From: Sphaeroforma arctica JP610
Taxonomy: Eukaryota
Assembly (NCBI RefSeq): GCF_001186125.1
Contig: NW_014040391.1
Location: 9,938-62,078 of the forward strand
DNA length: 52,141 nt
Reading direction: 5' to 3'
The notes under the pieces are model-generated. The model was not told where the DNA came from. It saw only the letters and a program-made list of their open reading frames with translations, and searched no databases. Both the position numbers and the translations under genes were made by a program. Position 1 is the stretch's first letter; each line of letters starts with the position of its first letter. Shown here one piece after another: positions 41,401 through 52,141 of this stretch.

Positions 41401-44400
41401 CGGGTATCGTGAATCGTTTATAGCCGCGTGTGCATACGTACGTATGGTAGCGTCTATCAGCTCGTGCGCAAATCGCCCGTGGCAAAACTCAACAATAACA
41501 ACTCAACTAATTGTCTGTTAAGGATTGACATGAATTCACGAACGAAACACTGACTTTACTTCAGCACCCCATGTATACTCGGGTTGGCCGCATCTCGTAC
41601 GTGATTATTGCGTAAATGTGACCTGTGTGCAGGCTCAGTTGTTCCGTTTCCTGTCCGCTGCATGTCATTAGTTCTGTGGTATATGCACCCAAGGGATTTA
41701 TCCGTGATCTCTGTTTGTTCCTGGAGTCAATTGAAAGACAATGCCTTCAGTGTCCGTCAATGTATTTAAAATGTAGTCTTCCACCATGCATGCATATTCT
41801 ATTGGTACGTACCACATATCACTATGTATCTAAATCACATGAAACACCTATCAATATGTACCTAAATCACACGTACAACGTATTATACTGTGCCAAATTC
41901 AGATGGCTGCCACAAAGGCCAAAGTTGAGAAGGAGCAGGGCGATCTGGAGATTGAGAACAAGACGGCGATGCATAGGAAAAGCCGAATGCAGAGTGAACT
42001 CAAGGACCAGGCTGACAGGTGGGTCTACTGTATGTGTGTCTGTGTTATGTTGTCATTGTACAATATATGCTCACACCACTACTGTATGTGTGTCTGTGTT
42101 ATGTTGTCATTGCACAATATATGCTTACGCCACTACTGTATGTGTGTCTGTGTTATGTTGTCATTGCACAATATATGCTTACGCCACTACTGTATGTGTG
42201 TCTGTGTTATGTTGTCATTGAACAAGATAGGCGTACAACAGGTGGATCCACTATATGTATGTCTGTTATGTTGTCATTGCACAATATATGCTTACGCCAG
42301 CTAGTATTCGTATTTCTTGTTCTGTTTTTACGTCTGGGTTTATCCTTTGGCCGTATTCTATTTTTGGTAGATGTTTGGCTGACTCTAAACTTGAAGATTT
42401 TTCCATAGCATCCAAAAAGGGGAGGTGATTGTGCCTCTTTGTAATTTTTTATAACGTATCATTGTATTGTTTATGTGTGTACCTGTGTCTATTTCTATTC
42501 CAACCTGTGCTGGTATTTTTCTGTGGCTAAGACATTGTATGAACTATACAACAGACCATAGGCCTCTTTTTATTGCAGTGTCTCCCTTGTGTATCCCACC
42601 ACCCGTAGCAATGTCTGTGTCTGTATCGTGTGCTAGTCACAATGCCTGCATAGTCCTGTGCACGCCAGAAGCCGATCATACGTTCCTTGACGGTTGTACT
42701 CTCGAGTACTCCTGATATCGTATTCCTTTCATAGGCATCTACTTTGTGGCCATCCGTACGCATAGCCTGGTCCTGACACGCTTTGTCTGTCTGTCCACGT
42801 CTTTTGATTTGAGTCACGCCATCTATAGCTCTCTGGTTTTAAAGCTCCTGTGATTGTATAGTGCTTGTGGTCAACCGATTTTGTGCATGGCACCTGCCAC
42901 TAGGAAGGGCTCGGACAGTAAGAATACAACACCGGATTCGTACTGACTGAAAGTCTGCTTGAATTTATGGCCTCCTGACCTCTACAGTGTTAAGCACCTG
43001 TTGCTAAGCAACGTATGGATCACGAAGGAAGAACATCTCTTCGGCAATCCCGGCACAACATATGATTTCCAGAATGGACAGGACCCTCATGAAAGCGAAG
43101 TGGAGTTACAACGACTGAAGGCTATGCAGGAGGGGCTCAAGGGGCAAGTTAATATGGAGGTACGCTGGTAACCCAACAGACCTGTGTTTAATTTTGTGCT
43201 TGTGTTTTTGTGTGTGTGTGCGAGAGGGAGAGAACTGAGTGAGTGTGTTATTATATATTTTTGGTATAGGATTACGCATATACTGGTGATGCATGTTGTA
43301 TAGGTATGGAGCACATGTCCGTGCATACTCCTGTGTTTTTCTTTGTAAGAGTAGTTTGTATGTGAGGATGTGAATAGGTCTATGTATGTTTCTACGCAAG
43401 ACTGTTTGAGATCTCAGTTTGGAGTTTAGTTCGGTCCGGATGTACCACCATTTACACGTGTTTTCGTGTTTGAAGCTGAGATGCGAAAAGGCGACGTCAC
43501 GAACGTGTCACTCGACATTCACGCGCCTCTAAGAGCCCAATTAGAAGGCTAGTCATTCTGCAGCTCACACATTCGTCGGCTATAGCTGTCGCGTGAGAGG
43601 TCTGAATGTGAGACATTGACTTGCAGAAACCTAGCCTGCTATCCTTGCACTGGTATCCTAATATTTGTTTGGGGGGATAGTGACCATAGAGTATGCGCTG
43701 AAGCTTGCTGAACGAACAAAACAACTCTAGCAGCCGCAATGAGAAGTGCACTGTGATGAGAGTCGGATGCCAAGGCGACACCTTGATCACTATCGCCACC
43801 CCTTGAATACAATACGTTTTCTCATCGTATCCTGTGACAAATCGATGTACTACATGGCATATCGATAGCCTTGATTTGAGTGGTGCTGTGCCACCCTACA
43901 CATGGTCATGCGTTGGATGTGTACTCACTGTGCGTGGCGAGAAGTTTGGCCCGAAACGCATCCATTTGCGGCTGGCGTAGCGCGCGAATTGAATGTAAAG
44001 GGCTGGCCCCCTGTCACTAGCGAGGCACAGCAGTGTGTGTAAAACTCGCACAAAACGTCTTCATGTGGAGAGTCTGGCACTGTTAAAGACATCCGTCTGT
44101 TCCTATAGTATCAGTTCGCACAGTACACACACAGCCATGTGTATCCGTGTTCGTTGGCACGGGACTTAGATCAGACCTTATCTCGATGGATTGTGAGCGT
44201 TGTAACGTTACCGTGTATGAACCGAGTGCCGTGAGGATCCTGTTTCCACAATCGATGTGTGTATATACAAACCACGTGTTCGGAAATGAGCAGATCTTAC
44301 GCTCCCAGCATTCTGGTGCGTTGTGTTGCGTCCGTTCACGGACGTTGTGTCGACCCAAACGGCTCACTCAACCTCTGAACCGATCTGATCTGTGCTATGG

Positions 44401-46534
44401 GAAAACGGCGTCGCGTGCGGAAAGTCTCTGAGGTCGCAGAAGGTACTGACTCTGATACACATGGCGCAGCAACGCGTTGATCCGGTCATGCTACGAGAGG
44501 TCAGGTGCCTGTTAACTGAGCTATGTGATTCTCTGTATGGCTGGACTGCTGTATTGCAACCCACCATGAGTTGACTTCTTAGTTGAGAACTTGTCCTTGT
44601 GGATTCAAGTAAACTGGTGGAGATATTCTCATTCCGAGTCAATTTCTGGGACAGGATTAAGAATGGCTTTGTCTGATGTCGTGATTGTATACGAATCCTA
44701 ATGTGGATCCATTGAAGATGAATGCAGAGTCGAATTGCATCACAGGAGGCTTTCCTTGGTATATTTACACTCACGCAAGCAGCCTAGTGAGTTATGCTGT
44801 AACTCAGCAACATACCGCCAGTACTGGTTTAGATAGCTGTGGGCTCCTCTATTCTAGGAGTCTCAACAATATCTTTGATTGGCTGCTGTTTGATGACTTC
44901 TACCAACACGCAGCGGGTGTTACAACGCAAGTGTGATATATAAAATGTCAGACATCAACGCCAACAAGATGGTTGGAGGAGGGAGGGGGGGTCGTAATTA
45001 GGTTTGCAGCTGCCGATGATTCTTACCACTTTCTGTGACCAATTGTGCGTTGCGCATTATAACTCTGTTCTCCTCTCCACTACTCACAGTGCATTAAGTA
45101 GACAGCGTATAAACACACCTCATCCTGCACAGCTGACAAAATCATCAACTCCCAACCATCACTTTCCAACCATCAAACGCATCACTTCTCTCTACTACTC
45201 TCTTTGCTGACGTATCAGGCCATGCGGATGCTTGACGAACTTGCCAATGAGCACAAGGACTTGCTGAAGAAACGGGACATTGTGGAGATAGACAAGAAGA
45301 AGATCATTGCATCCATCCAAGACCTCGACAAAAAGAAGGACGAGCAACTCAAGGTGACGATTGGCAAGGTCAACAAGGACTTTGGCAGCATATTCTCCGT
45401 GCTCTTGCCTGGCACCTCGGTAGGAAGCTATTGATGCTAAAGCTTTAGTGTTGGTGTATACTTCGACCCGTACATGTGTGTTGTGTGTCAGTTGAGTGTA
45501 CCGTCGGCTATGCACTCGGGTCATCATGCGCATGTCATCACGACATAGTGTACTTGATTTGTTTATTTTCCGTAACGGTTTCATTCGCATTCAGACACCG
45601 CCGCTCTCACTTTGCATTTCCTTACTCTACCATCGCTACCATCACTCACTCTCAGGCCAAACTAGCCCCACCCGAGGGACTGTCGGTGCTTGACGGCTTG
45701 GAAGTCAAGGTGGCATTTGGACAGACATGGAAGGAATCCCTGACTGAGCTGAGTGGAGGGCAACGGTCTCTCATCGCGTTGTCGCTGATCCTGTCACTGC
45801 TGATGTTCAAGCCTGCGCCCATGTACATTCTGGATGAGATCGATGCCGCACTGGACCTTTCACACACACAGAACATCGGCAATATGCTACGCACGCACTT
45901 TTCACAGTCGCAGTTCATTGTTGTGTCGTTAAAGGTATGTGTATTTATGTCAACGGTATATCTGTGGATGTACGTATGTAGCGGTCAACACTTTCTTTCT
46001 ATGAATACACGCATATGTGTGTGCATGTCAACGCACGTAGTGCTTTCTGCTTTCAGTCTATATTTATTTTTAGTCCGTATATATGTGAATATATCCTCGG
46101 TATGAGTACGTTGGTGGAGAACGCTGTAGATTTTTGCCATCAAAACAAACATTTATCAGGCCAAACAAACTCGAAATCATCTAATGCAGGTGAGGGATTC
46201 CGAAAAGTGCCTTTCAATAACGAATCATTTCTATTTCCGGATATCCCTTTCCTAGTCACAACAAATCTGAAACCCCGATATTTCTAACCCCCTGTACGTA
46301 CAGGAGGGAATGTTTGACAATGCCAACTGTCTGTTCCGAGTGCGGTTCCTTGAAGGGTCGTCCACCGTCACACGGTACGTGCAAGACCCGCATGGCAAGA
46401 ATGCGCAGAGCGAAGAGGGTGCAACCGGTCCTAACAGGGGGAAACAGGGCAGGACATCCAAGGGTACTAAAAATAGCATAGGCGCATTGGATGCTGCCAG
46501 TTCTAGCAGGCCGCTGATGTCACGTAATGTTTGA
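28320..46534 (+). CDS. SMC2: Structural maintenance of chromosomes protein 2 (condensin subunit)
   Basis: Exons 28320-28637, 30278-30415, 30710-30844, 31089-31226, 32008-32148, 32571-32720, 33097-33187, 33590-33760, 33924-34087, 34661-34777, 35028-35082, 35924-36100, 37014-37147, 37551-37614, 38766-38869, 39070-39153, ~39545-39664, 40070-40207, 40479-40634, 41273-41350, 41903-42018, 42988-43159, 45219-45419, 45656-45934, 46304-46534. Motifs [28 protein letters not shown] (Walker A), [10 protein letters not shown], hinge RVTFIPLN and [46 protein letters not shown]. Confidence 0.97.
32247..32340. repeat. ~21-22 bp intronic tandem repeat, 4 copies
   Basis: GCGATGTGTGTCTGAATTAAAA-like units. Confidence 0.85.
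37800..38260. repeat. Intronic duplication of a unique block plus microsatellite (~350 bp period)
   Basis: CATATATTGAC.TAATTCTGAGTCTAATGAGTGTCCG...ATGGAGTTTCATATGTATATGTCGATATA occurs at ~37804 and ~38155. Confidence 0.85.
42025..42298. repeat. 54-bp minisatellite directly after an SMC2 donor, ~4-5 copies
   Basis: CTACTGTATGTGTGTCTGTGTTATGTTGTCATTGCACAATATATGCTTACGCCA is repeated. Confidence 0.92.
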
Positions 46535-47798
46535 GAACATACACCCGGTTCAACGAATGGAGATTGCAGGTATAAGTCCATCACAGATGTGTGTGTAGAG
46601 ACACTCCAGCACGAAGCACTGAGAGATAGTACGCATACATGGACACCCATATGGGCAGATCTGGTCGTGCACTTCGGCAACTGTGTGAGATTTGAGGGTT
46701 CGAGTGTACAAGCCTAGCAAACAGACCCCAAAAAGCTCACCCACGTCATTGTGGACTTTGCAATGTCCACATATAGGAGATACATAAACGAAGACGACCT
46801 AGAATATTGTTACTAACCAATGAGAGTGGTAATAAAATAGATAAACGCAACTGCGAATCACAGTAGGCATGGCTCGTGTAGGAAGACCACCCGCCCCCAA
46901 AATCTCAACAACAACAAAACAGCCCTGCCCTGGATTGAGACGTGTATACTGATGTCTGCTGAGAAGTGCGTCTGACTTCACCATATACCCAAACACCGAA
47001 AGAATGGTCTGTCGCGCCGCAGTTGAAGGATTTGTAAACTTGGTTTAGAGGAGGCAATGACCCGTTACTGTGGGCTTGGTGCGTTGAAAAGTGGAGCGAG
47101 GTCTCCGGTATGCTTGCTAGCCTAATTAATTCGAAAGCATCTGAGAATAAACTAAAGATTCGAAACGTAAAAGGATTTTTTGAAGTGTAATGTTTCATAA
47201 TTCTAATATTCTCTCACTCCGTACTAGTATTACTGCCATCACTCCCGCTTTCCATGTAGACCAGAGTTACCTTTCAATGCATACTATTTGGAATACATAT
47301 GTATACGTTCAGTACCCACGCACAAAGATCTGCGCTGTCTACCAGCACATCACACACAGACGCATGATGTGTATGGTAGAATCTTGATAGTAAGAACACA
47401 GACGATCTGCCGGCACTTTCCTTCTATCGTAGATTACGAAGCACCCACTCCCTTGAACTCCAAACGCCTTTCACGCTTTCCATACTCTAAACTAAACCCT
47501 AAACCCTAAAACCTGCAATGCGCCTGTTTAAGTTTTCCTGTGCTGGTATGTTGAAGCCATGGGCCTGCGCGGGAGTGACGTTATGTCGGGACGACTTTAC
47601 CACAAAGAAATGTGCCCCATTGGCTGTTGGATGGGACCATAACAACTACGGACCCACTTTGGCTTCGTTCTGTTGATTCGCTCCATCCCACTTCATCACA
47701 TATCAGGTGAACTCAACCCCAGTATAATGCTTCCTAAACCTGCAAAGGTAGTCAAAGTGATATGCGATACTCATTCCTACTTTTAATGTCTCTGTGTG

Positions 47799-48273
47799 CT
47801 AAAACGGATCTTCAGGTGGTGGTGGGTCTGCCAAAAGAGGAGCAATCTCTTCCGCACACAATAACCCTACATTGCCGTTGGTAGTGCCCCTGTGTTTGTG
47901 TACCGTATCTATGCGTTCGTGCGCTTCATCCGAGTCGCTGCCATCACTGACACGATCTCTTTCGGCGTCTTGTGTGTCTGTGCTTTCGTCTCCAGCTATA
48001 CTCTGCGCATGCCCACGTGCTTCCTCTGCTGCCCCCTGTGCATGCGTGGGTGTTACACTTGATGTATGCTTTGCGACTTGTTCTCCATTGCTGTGCCTTG
48101 TACTGATACCCCATGGGCCTTGTAAGTCAGAACCCAAATCGTGCGCATAGTCCGAGTCGTATTCGGCAGATGTGGACGCCCACAGTTCCTCTTGATCCCG
48201 TGCTATCAGTTCTGTGTGCGAATGCCATGCCCGGGTGGTAAATGATAATAAATTGTATGTATACACGTGTATC

Positions 48274-48335
<62 letters not shown>

Positions 48336-48336
48336 C

Positions 48337-48376
<40 letters not shown>

Positions 48377-50794
48377 ACGTGTGTGTGTGTGCTACGTATG
48401 TATGTATACATTCGCCAAGGTGAAATACCCCATATATACCCTACGAATATGCGAAGTCGAGCATGCTAGTGGGAGGCATATGAGCTACGAGGAGGAACAA
48501 GCTGCTTGTCAGATGACAAGTGACACATCAAGTTTTAGGGGTTTAGGGTTTTGGGTAGGAGATCGAGCAAAAACAATGCCTACTGGTAATGGCTGCAGTA
48601 TGAAAAGGGAACTCTGCAAAGGCTTTACGCAGGACTTCAATGCGATTCGTCAGTACTCACCTGCTACAGGGTCGCTGCGACTGATGATATGTTTGTGCGT
48701 CTCTCTCTCAGCGGCCAGGGCAGCCGGTGTTGTGTGCGCGGCCTTTTCTCTCATTATGCGCAGCTTCGTCTCTTGATACGTTGAGATGAACACACGAGTG
48801 CAACGGGTGATATGAGACGCTTGCGTGTACTTTGAGATGTGATCTCACAACACATCAGATGTCTACCGCTAACTGTATGTACCAAGGGTAAACGGCACTC
48901 CTTAGTTGCCTCAGCGCATTCAATAAATGATTGAACAGATCATGTCAGTCGCATGAGGTGAGTGTTGGTACGTATTAAGGGAATAGGTGAGATGTCTATG
49001 CGCACACTCGCGGATAGGTATAGCATAGTGTACACCATAGTGAAAGTACGGAGATATGTATGTGGATAGGAAGAGCATAGTTTTCAATGCATGTGCACAT
49101 ACAACGATCACACTCACATCTATGCTCACGTGCACATACGATATGCATGCCATTGACCCTAATATCATGTAAACATGTAACGATGAGAGAATCATACTCA
49201 AAGAACTTTAACGGCGACATCGATGTAAATACAGATCTATACACAAACAGAATAGGATTAAAACCCACACACCAATACACTACAGACACACCACTACGCT
49301 ACAGACACACCAATACACTACAGACACACCAATACGCTACAGACACACCAATACGCTACAGACACTCCAATACGTTACAGACATTCCAATACGCTACAGA
49401 CACTCCAATACGCTACATACGCACCAATACGCTACAGACACACCAATACGCTACAGACACACCAATACACTACATACACTCCAATACGCTACAGACAAAC
49501 CAATACGCTACAGACACTCCAATACGCTACAGACACTCCAATACGCTACAGACACCCCAATACGCTACAGACACTCCAATACGCTACAGACACAACAATA
49601 CGCTACAGACATACCAATACACTATAGACACACCAATACACTAGAGACACGCCAATACGCTACAGACACCCCAAAACGCTATAGACACACCAACACGCTA
49701 CAGACACACCAATACACTACAGACACACCCAAATGCTTTAGATACGCCTCTCGTTGAGCAATCTCCTCCGGTGTCTCGATCGACCACCTGTGTGTGGCCA
49801 TGTGCATCTGTGGTATCTGCTGCTCCACCCACGGAGGGCTTATTCCGTCACCATCCGATTTAAGCACCCCCTCCTCCGTCTGTGATAGCTGCTGCTCTAC
49901 CCACTGAGGGCTTATTCCGTCACCATCCGATTTAAGACAGCCCTCGTCGCACACACCACTGCCCGCCATGGACGCACCTTCACCCAAAAAAAAGGACCAC
50001 CCCTCCTCCTCTGCCTGAACCACCCTCTGCGCCGTGCCCTGCACCCCATCAGTTGGTAACCTGCTGTCCCATGCTGCTGTGTGGCTTTGTGCGTTGACAC
50101 TCCCTCCTCCGTGCCAGTTGGCTGCGTGGCCCATATCCGCCGCCTGTCCACCCCTCACACCACTAGCGCCCACACAGCCGGATGATCCCGTGCCTTCTCT
50201 CACTGCGTGCTGCGGTGTGGTTGCCCGGCCTTGTGCTGTAGCTTCTCGTATCGCCTTCTCACTCACAGTGGCTGTGCTGTGTGTTGCATCGTCCACCCAT
50301 CTGCTGACTACTGTCTGCTCACGCCCGCGTGCACTCCCTTGAGTGTCTCCATTGGCGCGTGTTGGGGTGTTTTCGTGTGATGGGTCGTTGGCACGTGCTT
50401 CTTCCTGCCCACGTGCTTGGGCTGCCCTTAGTGACGGCCACGTGATCGCACTATTACTAGCAACACGACCGGTCATTGGGTTATTGTCCGCAGACTCGTG
50501 CGCATTGGGGTGTGCTGTGTGTTCACATACACTGGTGTATAATGGGTGCACATCTACATCTGTGTTGTCTTGCGCTGCAGTGTGTATTGGCAGTGTGTTG
50601 TGTTCACTCACACTCGGTTTCTTCGTATTGTCAGTATAGCCACTGCTAGCAGCTGTGGTTGTCTGTGTATCAGGAAATGACACACCAAACGCACCACCAC
50701 AGATGGCCTCCGTTTCAACAGTGCAACTGAAGGGATCTACTGCTGTTGATTGTTTACTGTCTGGAATGCACCCCTTATTAGCACCCGCCACCAT
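47799..50794 (-). CDS. Hypothetical low-complexity/disordered protein (~529 aa)
   Basis: Phase-consistent exons 50794-49729, 48771-48661, 48211-47799. A 371-codon ORF with an internal repeat LKSDGDGISPxWVEQQ; no recognisable domain; ends uncertain. Confidence 0.6.
49266..49730. repeat. 19-bp minisatellite, ~24 copies, starting at a minus-strand splice donor
   Basis: ACACACCAATACGCTACAG units. Confidence 0.95.
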
Positions 50795-51674
50795 ACCGAT
50801 GTTCGTTCAATCGGTACCGTTCTTCTGTGGTCCAATTGTATCTGACCTCTTAGTTAAATAAGTACATGCTTTTATATTCCCGTCTCTTCCTAATGAATTA
50901 TATTTATTTGCGTGTCATGTTGGAAGAATCGTCGCGAATTCAACCCAGTACTCCAGGTAGCATAACCCCTCTCATTCACACTCCCTTCCCTTCCATTCTT
51001 TTCCAGCACCTTCTGTCGACGTGATAAACAGCGGTGTACATAAACCTTCTCAAACAGTCAAGTATAAATGCCTGCACGTGTCACGTACATCCAGCCACAC
51101 GCCTCACAACTGCGTGTGCCAGCGTGCAACTTGATTCCTCTTCAGTTGTCAGTCGTGTAAACGGTGCAGTACGTGCACACCCCTGTGTATATTTAAATAT
51201 GTATTGTCTAATCAATGCGATCTTAGTACCGAACATCCGCTACGAATTTTGATGACACAAAATCGTATCAACTATCAAAAGTGGGTATCATAATAAAAAT
51301 GTAAAAATGTCAATACCTCTAATAATGATGTATATCCACGTACTTTGTCCAACGGGTGGTTTGTTGCTTATAAGTTATAGGTATGGTGAATGGTCTGACC
51401 TATAAATGATCACAGAGAAACCAAGTGAGCGTAAGTGGGACTATACACGTACGCTCTAAAAACAACCAACGCACTGCCATAGCAACCTCAAACATAACAC
51501 ACAATATAGCCTTACTTAATATATTTGTATAGAAACCTTACCATATCATTCATGAACGTATCACCCGCGATCAAATCGCGTGTACCACCCTTAACACACA
51601 CACCCACACCCAAACGCTCAACATCCAAACACACACCCACACCCAAACACTCAACATCCAAACACACACTCACA

Positions 51675-51868
51675 ATGCCGGCACCGGTATCCAAAGACCA
51701 TCTACTGACACTTAAAGTCATGCGATTGTCACGATCGACATTTCATCAATCGGCACCAATCAACGCCGAGAAAGATGACCTCATATACACCGCAACACAG
51801 GACTTGATGGATCAGGAGAGAACGCACGATGCACTGAGTGACAGGCTTGTACTGCCTCAGAATTTTGG
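51675..51868 (+). CDS. TRAPPC13: Trafficking protein particle complex subunit 13, exon 1 (continues beyond window)
   Basis: HLLTLKVMRL and LVLPQNFG followed by a GTATGT donor match the TRAPPC13 N-terminus. Confidence 0.88.
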
Positions 51869-52141
51869 GTATGTATGAGACAATAATGTGGCAAACCAAG
51901 GATGTGGCAGAATATATTCTTATCTTGCTCACCGATGTGTAAGCAGACGCAAGTATACAAGCAAATAAGCTGGCACGCAAATATTATGTTAATACCCACA
52001 AATTTCCGTATATAGCCATGCATACATACATAAACAGAAGTATACATATATATATTATATATATATATATATAACAGAAGTATATATATATATATATTAT
52101 AGATGTATATATGTATATTTATATGTATATGTTTATGCGTT

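Noticed and set aside
49087..49644. 185-aa repetitive ORF
   Set aside because: Translation of the 19-bp minisatellite on the non-coding strand

Overview
Intron-rich eukaryotic genomic DNA with GT-AG introns (mostly GTATGT/GTGTGT donors), long (TA)n/(TG)n microsatellites, intronic minisatellites and one 20-N gap. The style suggests a unicellular holozoan such as an ichthyosporean, but that is inference only. Hand-built gene models: DOP1/Dopey 5' part (-), CCDC174 (+), a two-exon secreted prepropeptide with an RQRR site and a 6-Cys knottin-like mature peptide (-), a five-exon secreted phospholipase A2 (-), an 11-exon CDP-alcohol phosphatidyltransferase/cytidylyltransferase fusion (+), a small KKxx membrane protein (-), ~25-exon SMC2 (+), an unknown low-complexity protein (-) and TRAPPC13 exon 1 (+). 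Most unusual: (1) a 1316-bp element with 107-bp TIRs and a 4-bp TSD that carries an intact intronless non-transposase ORF, a TATA box inside its TIR and an array of 14-bp palindromes; (2) the adjacent venom-like knottin + sPLA2 pair; (3) an intron holding 12 tandem branchpoint-acceptor modules interleaved with TTTAGGG telomere-like sequence, part of a wider pattern of repeats anchored at splice sites. Exon boundaries were read by eye and need RNA-seq confirmation.
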